Source: Isurus oxyrinchus (Eukaryota). From it: a stretch of DNA of 64,000 nt. Where the stretch lies: positions 14,508,001 through 14,572,000 of the forward strand of contig JANJGN010000033.1 in assembly GCA_026770705.1 (NCBI GenBank). Direction: 5' to 3'. The translations under genes were made by a program, and so were the position numbers. Below the pieces are notes generated by a model. The model worked only from the letters and a program-made list of their open reading frames with translations. It was not told where the DNA came from and ran no database searches. Below are positions 47,527 through 60,344 of this stretch, one piece after another (position 1 is the first letter of the stretch; each line of letters opens with the position of its first letter).

Positions 47527-48502
47527 CAGAAGATGGGTTGCCAGCCTGAATCGTTGCTCAAAGAAGATTACTTCTTACATTTAACATGGCAGCAACCGGA
47601 ACAGCGACAATGACACGTCATTTCTTGATGCCGTTGACAAGGGAACTGTTTGCAAGACACTTCACAGCCAGATTATATCAAACAATTTTGGCACATGTCA
47701 AATAGGGAGATTTCAGGAGAGCTCATCAAAGGCTTCATCAAATCATTACGTTTGAAAGTGCGCACTTGTTCCTGGTGAGGCAACGGACCTGCGTTGGCAG
47801 GTCATCTCAAGGTGAGCCATGAGACCTAGGTTGCGAACTGCTTGCCAAAGCCTCAGGCAGCCTCCCACGGAGAGGGATTTATGGCGAGTGAACATAGTTT
47901 GAGATGTCGAGCTGCAGTGCCAAGTGCGATGTTTCGATGAGAAACAAGAAAGTTTTCAAACTATATCGGGAGCAAAATTGCAAGCGCTTTACGTTCCATG
48001 TCCACCATTTCACGTTGGCTTCATGTTTTGCAACATATTGCTTCAGATCACGCACTTGCTCTGCTCCTAAGTTTGTCTGCTCTGCAAATGAAAGAGCTGC
48101 GTTCAAGCTTCCACTCGTGACATTGCTGCTTCCCTTCACTGCTCCTCGTAATATGACACTCTTGCCAAATGATCCGTGAATGAGCATTGCTAAGCAGTGA
48201 TGTACGAGACCTGACCAGGAAAGACGGGATAAAACTGATGCACTTCTAGGACGCAATTGAAGTGATATCTGCCTGCCCTTGAATTCTTTCGAGCTTGTTG
48301 CCTGTTGAATTTCTAATGCCGTGCACCCAAAGCAACTGCCGCCTCGCCCTCAGGAATATTGAATCAGCCTGAGCCACCTATCGCTCAAGAATATGAAGAG
48401 GTGAAAGCCAGGAAAGGCTCTGTGATCAGGAGAGACCTTGAGCTCTTCAAGTATCCACTCGCCTGCCTCAAATGTTAACAGCAGCTGGGCAAACAAGAAA
48501 CT

Positions 48503-48574
48503 TGGTTCCACTGAGATTTGAACTCGGATCACTGGATTCAAAGTCCAGAGTGCTCACCATTACACCATGGAACC
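48503..48574 (-). tRNA. tRNA-Gln-TTG: tRNA-Gln(TTG), slot A, one T-stem mismatch
   Basis: C50-A64. Confidence 0.75.
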
Positions 48575-48879
48575 TACATGTTTCCGGTTATTAGGCTCAT
48601 TTCTTTTCTGCATTCACATGGGCGCCAAAGTTCCCAGCGAACCATCGAATGGTTCTCCTCATGTGACGCAAACTGTTGCATCCTTTCAATGGGACAGATA
48701 AAGAGCAGGGCCATGAGCCAAAACAATGACGGTGCAGGCAGCTGGCGCAAGAGGCTCAGTGATGCGTATTCAATTGGCAGGCAAGCTGGTTCAAAAGTTG
48801 TCCTTTCCAATCGTACGCCATGGCAATTGTAAAGGAGACACAATTCACCGAGCCTGGCAGCGAGATTGTGACAAATACA

Positions 48880-48951
48880 AGGTTCCACCGAGATTTGACC
48901 TCAGATCATTAAATTCAGAGACCAGAGTGCTCACCGTTACACCATGGAAAC
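48880..48951 (-). pseudogene. tRNA-Gln pseudogene, slot B
   Basis: Slot B diagnostic lesions. Confidence 0.85.
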
Positions 48952-49206
48952 AGTGTGGGCTGCTGAATCATTACTCAAAGAAGGCCACTCCTTTCATTGA
49001 ACATGGCAGCAACAATAATAGCAACAAAGAAACGTCGTTACTTGATGCCATTGACACAGGAAACGTTTCCAAGGTGCTTCACAGCTAGATTATATCAAAC
49101 AATTTTGCCAGAAGCCACATCAGAAGATTTTATGAGAGCTCATTAAAGGCTTCATCAAATCTTTACGTTTGAAAGAGCCCCCTGAAGGAGGACAAAAATT
49201 TGCAAA

Positions 49207-49319
49207 ACAAAAACAAAAACAGAATTACCTGGAAAAACTCAGCAGGTCTGGCAGCATCGGCGGAGAAGAAAAGAGTTGACTTTTCGAGTCCTCATGACCC
49301 TTCGACAGAACTTGAGTTC
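49207..49319 (-). mobile_element. 113-bp Penelope-like 3' fragment
   Basis: Copy of 1549-1661. Confidence 0.86.
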
Positions 49320-50538
49320 GATTTGCAAAGCCCAACAGCTTTACTGAGGGATGTCCAGAGATCAATGCTGAGGCAGCGGCACACATGTCTTACATTAGTA
49401 GAGCAGTTTCATTCGTGCAAGCGTCACAAACAACAACAGGAAGTGCGCAGAGAGTTCCAAGCTCTGACACGCTGAAATATGCTGCCCAGATAGGAGGGAA
49501 ATTTCCCACAAAGGGATGTGAACGCCAGCATGCCAACGGGAAGGCTGATTTCTTGTCAGGCCACGAATGAATGTCGTCGACTGGAAACAGAGTTGCTGGC
49601 TGGAGGGCCTTAGGTGTGAGCTAGGATATGGGCAGCAGAGGTTTTGATCAGCTCAACTTTATGGAAGAAACAAAGGGCAAGTCAGAGCGCGAACATCTCA
49701 GAATAGTCAAGCCGTGAGGTAAGGAGGTTGAGGATGGAGATGTCAGCAGCACAGGAACTGCTGAGCGACAGAATTGGGTCAGCAAAGTTACACAGGTGGA
49801 AATACTTGTCTTGGCAAGGCAGTGGACCTGCGTAGGCCGATCATCGCAGGGTGAGCGATGAGACCCAGGTTGTGAACTGCTTGCCAAAGCTTCAGGCAGC
49901 CTCCAAGGAGAGCGATTTATAGCGAGTGAACATAATTTGAGACATCGAGCTGCACTGCAAATTGCGATGTTTCACTGAGCCACAAGAAAATTTGTAAATC
50001 TAACTCGCTAGCAAAATTGCAAGCGCTTGATAATTTCATGTCCACCATTCCACTTTGGCTTCATGTTTTGCAACACATTGCTTCAGCTCTCGCACTTGCT
50101 CTGCTCCTAAGTTTGTCTGCTCTGCAAATGAAAGAGCTGTCGTCAAGCTGCCACTCATGACATTGTTGCTTCTCTTCCCTACTCCTCGCTAATATGACTC
50201 TTGCCAAATGATCCGTGAATGAGCATTGCTAGGCAGTGATGTACGAGACTTGACCAGGAAAGATGGGATAAAATAGGCGCTCTTCAAGGACGCAATTGAA
50301 GTGATACCTGCCTGCCCTTGAATGCTTTCGAGTTTGGCTGCTGAATTTCAAATGCCGTGCAGCCAAAGCAAGTGCTGCCTCCACCTCAGACATACAGCAT
50401 CAGCCTGAGCCGCCTATTGCTCAAGAATAGGAAGAGGTGAAAGCCAGGAAAGGCACTGTCATCAGCAGAGACCTTGAGCTCTTCACGTTTCCACTCGCCT
50501 GCCTCAAATTTTAACAGCAGCTGGGCAAACGAGAAACT

Positions 50539-50610
50539 TGGTTCCACCAAGATTTGAACTCGGATCACTGGATTCAGAGTCCAGAATGCTCACCATTGCA
50601 CCATGGAACC
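50539..50610 (-). tRNA. tRNA-Gln-CTG: tRNA-Gln(CTG), slot C, foldable variant
   Basis: Wobble-compatible changes only. Confidence 0.75.
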
Positions 50611-50915
50611 TACATGTTAGCGGACATCAGGCTCATGTCTTTTCTGCTTTCACAATGGCGTCAAAGTTCCCAGCGAACTGTCCAATGGTTCTCCTTGTGT
50701 GACGCAAACTGTTGCAAACTTTCAATGGGACAGATAAAGAGCAGGGCCAAGAGCCAAAACAATGACGGTGCAGGCAGTTGGCGCTAGAGGCTCAGTCATG
50801 CACATTCAAATGGCAGGCGAGCTGGTTCAAAATTTGCCCTCTCGAATCGGACGCCATGGCAATTGTAAAGGAGATTCAATTGGCCAAGATTGTCAGCGGG
50901 ATTGTCAAAAACGCA

Positions 50916-50987
50916 AGGTTCCACCGAGATTTGAACTCGGATCGCTGGATTCAGAGTCCAGAGTGCTCACCATTACACCATGGAACC
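50916..50987 (-). tRNA. tRNA-Gln-CTG: tRNA-Gln(CTG), slot D, canonical
   Basis: Canonical body, T5 terminator. Confidence 0.95.
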
Positions 50988-51964
50988 CAGCAGATACGCT
51001 TTTGCATTGAATCGTTGCTCAAAGTAGATTACTTCTTACATTTATCCTGGCAGCAACCGGAACAGCGACAACGACACGTCGTTTCTTGATGCCGTTGACA
51101 AGGGAATTGTTTGCAAGACACTTCACATCCAGATTATATCAAACAATTTTGGCACATGTCAAATAGGGAGATTTCAGGAGAGCTCATCAAAGGCTTCATC
51201 AAATCATTACGTTTGAAAGTGCGCACTTGTTCCTGGTGAGGCAATGGACTTGCGTTGGCAGGTCATCTCAAGGTGAGCCATGAGACCTAGGTTGCGAACT
51301 GCTTGCCAAAGCCTCAGGCAGCCTCCCACGGAGAGGGATTTATGGTGAGTGAACATAGTTTGAGACATCGAGCTGCAGTGCCAAGTGCGATGTTTCGATG
51401 TGAAACAAGGAAGTTTGCAATCTATATCGGGAACAACTTGGCAAGCGCTTTACGTTCCATGTCCAGCATTTCACATTGGCTTCATGTTTTGCAACATATT
51501 GCGTCAGATCTCGCACTTGTTCTGCTCCTAAGTTTGTCTGCTCTGCAAATGAAAGAGCTGCGTTCAAGCTGCCACTAGTGACATTGCTGCTTCTCTTCCC
51601 TGCTCCTCGTGATATGACACTCTTGCCAAATGAACCGTGAATGAGCATTGCTAGGCAGTGATGTACGAGACCTGACCAGGAAAGACGGGATAAAACTGGT
51701 GCACTTCTAGGACGCAATTGAAGTGATATCTGCCTGCCCTTGAATGCTTTCGAGCTTGTTTGCCTGTTGAATTTCTAATGCCGTGCACCCAAAGCAACTG
51801 CCGCATATCCCTCAGAAATATAGCATCAGCCTGAGCCACCTATTGCTCAAGAATAGGAAGAGGTGAAAGCCAGGAAAGTCTCTGTAATCAGCAGAGACCT
51901 TGAGCTCTTCAAGTATCCACTCGCCTGCCTCAAATTTTAACAGCAGCTGGGCAAACGAGAAACT

Positions 51965-52036
51965 TGGTTCCACCGAGATTTGAACTCAGATCGCTGAATT
52001 CAGAGTCCATAGTGCTCACCGTTGCACTATGAAACC
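51965..52036 (-). pseudogene. tRNA-Gln(CTG), damaged
   Basis: Multiple substitutions in the acceptor and anticodon arms. Confidence 0.75.
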
Positions 52037-52341
52037 TCCATGTTAGCTGACATCAGGCTCATGTCTTTTCTGCATTCACAGTCGTGTCAAAGTTCCCAGC
52101 GAACCGTCCAATGGTTCTCCTTGTGTGACGCAAACTGTTGCATCCTTTCAATGGGACAGATAAAGAGCAGGGCCAAGAGCCAAAACAATGACAGTGCAGG
52201 CAGCTGGTGCAAGAGGCTCAGTCATGCGCATTGAAATGGCAGGCGAGCTGGTTCAAAATGTGCCCTCTCGAATCGGACGCCATGGCAATTGTGAAGGAGA
52301 TGCAATTGGCCAAGCTTGTCAGCGGGATTGTCAAACGCACA

Positions 52342-52413
52342 AGGTTCCACCAAGATTTCAACTCGGATCGCTGGATTCAAAGTCCAGAGTGCTCACCATT
52401 ACACCATGGAACC
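52342..52413 (-). pseudogene. D/A hybrid tRNA-Gln(TTG), middle copy of a triplet
   Basis: Slot D 3' flank with slot A 5' flank; C56G. Confidence 0.7.
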
Positions 52414-52718
52414 TACATGTCAGCATTCATTAGGCTCATTTCTTTTCTGCATTCACATGGGCGCCAAAGTTCCCAGCGAACAATCGAATGGTTCTCCTCA
52501 TGTGACGCAAACTGTTGCATCCTTTCAATGGGACAGATAAAGAGCAGGGCCAAGAGCCAAAATAATGACGGTGCAGGAAGCTGGCACAAGAGGCTCAGTC
52601 ATGTGCATTCAATTGGCACGCGAGCTGGTTCAAAATTTGCCCTCTCGAATCGGGCGCAATGGCCATTGTAAAGGAGATGCGATTGGCCAAGCTTGTCAGC
52701 GGGATTGTCAAAAGTACA

Positions 52719-52790
52719 AGGTTCCACCGAGATTCGGACTCGGATCACTGGATTCAGAGTCCAGAGTGCTCACCATTACACCATGGAACC
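52719..52790 (-). pseudogene. tRNA-Gln(CTG), slot D, T55C
   Basis: T-loop TCCGAAT. Confidence 0.6.
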
Positions 52791-53766
52791 CAGAAGATGC
52801 ATTGCCATTCTGAATCGTTGCTCAAAGAAGATTACTTCTTACATTTAACATGGCAGCAACCGGAACAGCGACAATGACACGTCATTACTTGATGCCGTTG
52901 ACAAGGGAACTGTTTGCAAGACACTTCACAGCCAGATTATATCAAACAATTTTGGCACATGTCAAATAGGGAGATTTCAGGAGAGCTCATCAAAGGCTTC
53001 ATCAAATCATTACGTTTGAAAGTGCGCACTTGTTCCTGGTGAGGCAACGGACCTGCGTTGGCAGGTCATCTCAAGGTGAGCCATGAGACCTAGGTTGCGA
53101 ACTGCTTGCCAAAGCCTCAGGCAGCCTCCCATGGAGAGGGATTTATGGCGAGTGAACATAGTTTGAGATGTCGAGCTGCAGTGCCAAGTGCGATGTTTCG
53201 ATGAGAAACAAGAAAGTTTTCAAACTATATCGGGAGCATCATTGCAAGCGCTTTACGTTCCATGTCCACCATTTCACGTTGGCTTCATGTTTTGCAACAT
53301 ATTGCTTCAGATCACGCACTTGCTCTGCTCCTAAGTTTGTCTGCTCTGCAAATGAAAGAGCTGCGTTCAAGCTGCCATTCGTGACATTGCTGCTTCCCTT
53401 CCCTGCTCCTCGTAATATGACACTCTTGCCAAATGATCTGTGAATGAGCATTGCTAGGCAGTGATGTACGAGACCTTACCAGGAAAGACGGGATAAAACT
53501 GGTACACTTCTAGGACGCAATTGAAGTGATATCTGCCTGCCCTTGAATTCTTTCGAGCTTGTTGCCTGTTGAATTTCAAACGCTGTGCACTCAATGCAAC
53601 TGCCGCCTCGCCCTCAGGAATATAGAATCAGCCTGAGCCACCTATCGCTCAAGAATACGAAGAGGTGAAAGCCAGGAAAGGATCTGTGATCAGCAGAGAA
53701 CTTGAACTCTTCAAGTATCCACTCGCCTGCCTCAAATTGTAACAGCAGCTGGGCAAACAAGAAACT

Positions 53767-53838
53767 CGGTTCCACCGAGATTTGAACTCGGACCACTGGA
53801 TACAAAGTCCAGAGTGCTCACCATTACACCATGGAACC
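53767..53838 (-). tRNA. tRNA-Gln-TTG: tRNA-Gln(TTG), slot A variant
   Basis: A37T and G73; stems intact. Confidence 0.6.
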
Positions 53839-54143
53839 TACATGCCAGATGTTATTAGGCTCATTTCTTTTCTGTATTCACATGGGCGCCAAAGTTCCCA
53901 GCGAACCATCGAATGGTTCTCCTCATGTGACGCAAACTGTTGCATCCTTTCAATGGGACAGATAAAGAGCAGGGCCAAGAACCAAAACAATGACGGTGCA
54001 GGCAGCTGGCGCAAGAGGCTCAGTCATGTGCATTCAATTGGCAGGCGAGCTGGTTCAAAAGTTGTCCTTTCCAATCGTATGCCATGGCAATTGTAAAGGA
54101 GACGCAATATACCGAGCCTGTCAGCGAGACTGTGACAAATACA

Positions 54144-54208
54144 AGTTTCCACCGAAATTTGACCTCATATCATTAAATTCAGAGACCAGAGTGCTCACCG
54201 TTGCACCA
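54144..54208 (-). pseudogene. Slot B pseudogene truncated by the 414-bp deletion
   Basis: Same junction as 28045. Confidence 0.85.
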
Positions 54209-55390
54209 GAGATCAATGCTGAGGCAGCGGCACACATGTCTTACATTAGTAGAGCAGTTTCATTCGTGCAAGCATCACAAACAACAACAGGAAGTGCGCA
54301 GAGAGTTCCAAGCTCTGACACGCTGAAACACGCTGCCCAGATAGGAGGGAAATTTCCCACAAAGGGATGTGAACGCCAGCATGCCAACGGGAAGGCTGAT
54401 TTCTTGTCAGGCCACGAATGAATGTCGTCGACTGGAAACAGAGTTGCTGGCTGGAGGGCCTTAGGTGCGAGCTAGGATATGGGCAGCAGAGGTTTTGATC
54501 AGCTCAACTTTATGGAAGAATCAAAGGGCAAGACAGAGCGCGAACATCTCAGAATAGTCAAGCTGTGAGGTAAGGAGGTTGAGGATGGAGATGTCAGCAG
54601 CACAGGAACTGCTGAGCGTCAGAATTAGGTCAGCAAAATTACACAGGTGGAAATACTTGTCTTGGCAAGGCAGTGGACCTGCGTAGGCCGATCATCGCAG
54701 GGTGAGCGATGAGACCCAGGTTGCGAACTGCTTGCCAAAGCCTCAGGCAGCCTCCAAGGGAGAGCGATTTATAGCGAGTGAACATAATTTGAGACATCGA
54801 GCTGCACTGCAAATTGCGATGTTTCACTGAGCCACAAGAAAATTTGTGAATCTAACTCGCTAGCAAAATTGCAAGCGCTTGATAATTTCATGTCGACCAT
54901 TCCACTTTGGCTTCATGTTTTGCAACATATTGCTTCAGCTCTTGCACTTGCTCTGCTCCTAAGTTTGTCTGCTCTGCAAATGAAAGAGCTGTCGTCAAGC
55001 TGCCACTCATGACATTGTTGCTTCTCTTCCCTGCTCCTCGCTAATATGACTCTTGCCAAATGATCCGTGAATGAGCATTGCTAGGCAGTGATGTACGAGA
55101 CTTGACCCGGAAAGATGGGATAAAATAGGCGCTCTTCAAGGACGCAATTGAAGTGATACCTGCCTGCCCTTGAATGCTTTCGAGTTTGGCTGCTGAATTT
55201 CAAATGCCGTGCAGCCAAAGCAAATGCTGCATCCACCTCAGACATACAGCATCAGCCTGAGCCACCTATTGCACAAGAATATGAAGAGGTGAAAGCCAGG
55301 AAAGGCACTGTCATCAGCAGAGACCTTGAGCTCTTCACGTTTCCACTCGCCTGCCTCAAATTTTAACAGCAGCTGGGCAAACGAGAAACT

Positions 55391-55462
55391 TGGTTCCACC
55401 AAGATTTGAACTCGGATCACTGGATTCAGAGTCCAGAGTGCTCACCATTACGCCATGGAACC
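55391..55462 (-). tRNA. tRNA-Gln-CTG: tRNA-Gln(CTG), C/D hybrid
   Basis: Slot C 3' flank with slot D 5' flank; C11-A24 mismatch. Confidence 0.6.
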
Positions 55463-56438
55463 CAGAGGATGCATTGCCATCCTGAATCGTTGCTCAAAGA
55501 AGATTACTTCTTACATTTAACATGGCAGCAACCGGAACAGCGACAATGACACGTCGTTACTTGATGCCGTTGACAAGGGAACTGTTTGGAAGACACTTCA
55601 CAGCCAGATGATATCAAACAATTTTGGCACATGTCAAATAGGGAGATTTCAGGAGAGCTCATCAAAGGCTTCATCAAATCATTACGTTTGAAAGTGCGCA
55701 CTTGTTCCTGGTGAGGCAATGGACTTGCGTTGGCAGGTCATCTCAAGGTGAGCCATGAGACCTAGGTTGCGAACTGCTTGCCAAAGACTCAGGCAGCCTC
55801 CCACGGAGAGGGATTTATGGTGAGTGAACATAGTTTGAGACGTCGAGCTGCAGTGCCAAGTGCGACGAGTTGCTGAGCAACAAGAAAGTTTGCAAACTAT
55901 ATCGGGAGCAAAATTGCAAGCGCTTTACGTTCCATGTCCTTCATTTCACGTTGGCTTCATGTTTTGCAACACATTGCTTCAGATCACGCACTTGCTCTTC
56001 TCCTAAGTTTGTCTGCTCTGCAAATGAAAGAGCTGCGTTCAAGCTGCCACTCGTGACATTGCTGCTTCCCTGCCCTGCTCCTCGTAATATGACACTCTTG
56101 CCAAATGATCCGTGAATGAGCATTGCTAGGCAGTGATGTAGGAGACCTGACCAGGAAAGACGGGATAAAACTGATGCACTTCTAGGACGCAATTGAAGTG
56201 ATATCTGCCTGCCCTTGAATTCTTTCGAGCTTGTTGCCTGTTGAATTTCAAATGCTGTGCACCCAATGCAACTGCCGCCTCGCCCTCAGGAATATAGAAT
56301 CAGCCTGAGCCACCTAACGCTCAAGAATATGAAGAGGTGAAAGCCAGGAAAGGCTCTGTAATCAGCAGAGAACTTGAACTCTTCAAGTATCCACTCGCCT
56401 GCCTCAAATGTTAACAGCAGCTGGGCAAACAAGAAACT

Positions 56439-56510
56439 TGGTTCCACCGAGATTTGAACTCGGATCACTGGATTCAAAGTCCAGAGTGCTCACCATTACA
56501 CCATGGAACC
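56439..56510 (-). tRNA. tRNA-Gln-TTG: tRNA-Gln(TTG), slot A, intact
   Basis: Same as 45039-45110. Confidence 0.92.
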
Positions 56511-56816
56511 TACATGTCAGCAGTCATTAGGCTCATTTCTTTTCTGCATTCACATGGGCGCCAAAATTTCCCAGCGAACCATCGAATGGTTCTCCTCATG
56601 TGAAGCAAACTGTTGCATCCTTTCAACAGGACAGATAAAGAGCAGGGCCAAGAGCCAAAACAATGACGGTGCAGGCAGCTGGCGCAAGAGGCTCAGTCAT
56701 GTGCATTCAATTGGCAGGCGAGCTGGTTCTAAAGTTGTCCTTTCCAATCGTATGCCATGGCAATTGTAAAGGAGATGCAATATAGCGATCCTGTCAGCGA
56801 GATTGTGACAAATACA

Positions 56817-56888
56817 AGTTTCCACCGAGATTTGACCTCAGATCATTAAATTCAGAGACCAGAGTGCTCACCGTTACACCATGGAAAC
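56817..56888 (-). pseudogene. tRNA-Gln pseudogene, slot B
   Basis: Slot B diagnostic lesions. Confidence 0.85.
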
Positions 56889-57144
56889 AGTGTGGGCTGT
56901 TGAACCATTACTCAAAGAAGGCCACTCCTTTCATTGAACATGGCAGCAACAATAACAGCAACAACGAAACGTCGTTACTTGATGCCATTGACACAGGAAA
57001 GGTTTCCAAGGTTCTTCACACCTAGATTATATCAAACAATTTTGCCAGAAGCCACATCAGGAGATTTTAGGAGAGCTCATTAAATGCTTCATCAAATCAT
57101 TACGTTTGAATTCAGCCCCCTGAAGGAGGACAAAGATTTGCAAA

Positions 57145-57257
57145 ACAAAAACAAAAACAGAATTACCTGGAAAAACTCAGCAGGTCTGGCAGCATCGGCG
57201 GAGAAGAAAAGAGTTGACGTTTCGAGTCCTCATGACCCTTCGACAGAACTTGAGTTC
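57145..57257 (-). mobile_element. 113-bp Penelope-like 3' fragment with hammerhead-like motif
   Basis: Copy of 1549-1661. Confidence 0.88.
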
Positions 57258-58477
57258 GATTTGCAAAGCCCAACAGCTTTACTGAGGGATGTCCAGAGAT
57301 CAATGCTGAGGCAGCGGCACACATGTCTTACATTAGTAGAGCAGTTTCATTGGTGCAAGCGTCACAAACAACAACAGGAAGTGCGCAGAGAGTTCCAAGC
57401 TCTGACACGCTGAAACACACTGCCCAGATAGGAGGGAAATTTCCCACAAAGGGATGTGAACGCCAGCATGCCAACGGGAAGGCTGATTTCTTGTCAGGCC
57501 ACGAATGAATGTCGTCGACTGGAAGCAGAGTTGCTGGCTGGAGGGCCTTAGGTGCGAGCTAGGATATAGGCAGCAGAGGTTTTGATCAGCTCAACTTTAT
57601 GGAAGAATCAAAGGGCAAGTCAGAGCGCGAACATCTCAGAATAGTCAAGCCGTGAGGTAAGGAGGTTGAGGATGGAGATGTCAGCAGCACAGGAACTGCT
57701 GAGCGACAGAATTGGGTCAGCAAAGTTACACAGGTGGAAATACTTGTCTTGGCAAGGCAGTGGACCTGCGTAGGCCGATCATCGCAGGGTGAGCGATGAG
57801 ACCCAGGTTGTGAACTGCTTGCCAAAGCCTGAGGCAGCTTCCAAGGGAGAGCGATTTATAGCGAGTGAACATAATTTGAGACATCGAGCTGCACTGCAAA
57901 TTGCGATGTTTCACTGAGCCACAAGAAAATTTGTGAATCTAACTCGCTAGCAAAATTGCAAGCGCTTGTCAATTTCATGTCGACCATTCCACGTTGGCTT
58001 CATGTTTTGCAACACATTGCTTCAGCTCTCGCACTTGCTCTGCTCCTAAGTTTGTCTGCTCTGCAAATGAAAGAGCTGTCGTCAAGCTGCCACTCATGAC
58101 ATTGTTGCTTCTCTTCCCTGCTCCTCGCTAATATGACCTTTGCCAAATGATCCGTGAATGAGCATTGCTAGGCAGTGATGTACGAGACTTGACCCGGAAA
58201 GATGGGATAAAATAGGCGCTCTTCAAGGACGCAATTGAAGTGATAGCTGCCTGCCCTTGAATGCTTTCGAGTTTGGCTGCTGAATTTCAAATGCCGTGCA
58301 GCCAAAGCAAGTGCTGCCTCCACCTCAGACATACAGCATCAGCCTGAGCCGCCTATTGCTCAAGAATATGAAGAGGTGAAAGCCAGGAAAGGCACTGTCA
58401 TCAGCAGAGACCTTGAGCTCTTCACGTTTCCACTCACCTGCCTCAAATTTTAACAGCAGCTGGGCAAACGAGAAACT

Positions 58478-58549
58478 TGGTTCCACTGAGATTTGAACTC
58501 AGATCGCTGTATTCAGAGTCCAGAGTGCTCACCATTACTACATGGAACC
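58478..58549 (-). pseudogene. tRNA-Gln(CTG), slot C, damaged
   Basis: Same as 47078-47149. Confidence 0.75.
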
Positions 58550-58854
58550 TACATGTTAGCGGACATCAGGCTCATGTCTTTTCTGCATTCACACTGGCGT
58601 CAAAGTTCCCAGCGAACCGTCCAATGGTTCTCCTTGTGTGACGCAAACAGTTGCATCCTTTCAATGGGACAGATAAAGAGCAGGGCCAAGAGCCAAAACA
58701 ATGACGGTGCAGGCAGCTGGCGCAAGAGGCTCAGTCATGCACATTCAAATGGCAGGCGAGCTGGTTCAAAATTTGCCCTCTCGAATCGGACGCCATGGCA
58801 ATTGTAAAGGAGATGCAATTGGCCAAGCTTGTCAGCGGGATTGTTAAAAGTACA

Positions 58855-58926
58855 AGGTTCCACCGAGATTTGAACTCGGATCGCTGGATTCAGAGTCCAG
58901 AGTGCTCACCATTACACCATGGAACC
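58855..58926 (-). tRNA. tRNA-Gln-CTG: tRNA-Gln(CTG), slot D, canonical
   Basis: Canonical body, T4 terminator. Confidence 0.95.
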
Positions 58927-59902
58927 CAGAAGATGGGTTGCCAGCCTGAATCGTTGCTCAAAGAAGATTACTTCTTACATTTAACATGGCAGCAACCGGA
59001 ACAGCGACAATGACACGTCATTACTTGATGCCGTTGACAAGGGAACTGTTTGCAAGACACTTCACAGCCAGATTATATCAAACAATTTTGGCACATGTCA
59101 AATAGGGAGATTTCAGGAGAGCTCATCAAAGGCTTCATCAAATCATTACGTTTGAAAGTGCGCACTTGTTCCTGGTGAGGCAACGGACCTGCGTTGGCAG
59201 GTCATCTCAAGGTGAGCCATGAGACCTAGGTTGCGAACTGCTTGCCAAAGCCTCAGGCAGCCTCCCATGGAGAGGGATTTATGGCGAGTGAACATAGTTT
59301 GAGATGTCGAGCTGCAGTGCCAAGTGCGATGTTTCGATGAGAAACAAGAAAGTTTTCAAACTATATCGGGAGCATCATTGCAAGCGTTTTACGTTCCATG
59401 TCCACCATTTCACGTTGGCTTCATGTTTTGCAACATATTGCTTCAGATCACGCACTTGCTCTGCTCCTAAGTTTGTCTGCTCTGCAAATGAAAGAGCTGC
59501 GTTCAAGCTGCCACTCGTGACATTGCTGCTTCCCTTCCCTGCTCCTCGTAATATGACACTCTTGCCAAATGATCTGTGAATGAGCATTGCTAGGCAGTGA
59601 TGTACGAGACCTTACCAGGAAAGACGGGATAAAACTGGTACACTTCTAGGACGCAATTGAAGTGATATCTGCCTGCCCTTGAATTCTTTCGAGCTTGTTG
59701 CCTGTTGAATTTCAAACGCTGTGCACTCAATGCAACTGCCGCCTCGCCCTCAGGAATATAGAATCAGCCTGAGCCACCTATCGCTCAAGAATACGAAGAG
59801 GTGAAAGCCAGGAAAGGATCTGTGATCAGCAGAGAACTTGAACTCTTCAAGTATCCACTCGCCTGCCTCAAATTGTAACAGCAGCTGGGCAAACAAGAAA
59901 CT

Positions 59903-59974
59903 TGGTTCCACCGAGATTTGAACTCGGACCACTGGATGCAAAGTCCAGAGTGCTCACCATTACACCATGGAACC
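59903..59974 (-). tRNA. tRNA-Gln-TTG: tRNA-Gln(TTG), slot A variant
   Basis: A37C; stems intact. Confidence 0.6.
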
Positions 59975-60279
59975 TACATGCCAGATGTTATTAGGCTCAT
60001 TTCTTTTCTGTATTCACATGGGCGCCAAAGTTCCCAGCGAACCATCGAATGGTTCTCCTCATGTGACGCAAACTGTTGCATCCTTTCAATGGGACAGATA
60101 AAGAGCAGGGCCAAGAACCAAAACAATGACGGTGCAGGCAGCTGGCGCAAGAGGCTCAGTCATGTGCATTCAATTGGCAGGGGAGCTGGTTCAAAAGTTG
60201 TCCTTTCCAATCGTATGCCATGGCAATTGTAAAGGAGACGCAATATACCGAGCCTGTCAGCGAGACTGTGACAAATACA

Positions 60280-60344
60280 AGTTTCCACCGAGATTTGACC
60301 TCATATCATTAAATTCAGAGACCAGAGTGCTCACCGTTGCACCA
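60280..60344 (-). pseudogene. Slot B pseudogene truncated by the 414-bp deletion
   Basis: Same junction as 28045. Confidence 0.85.
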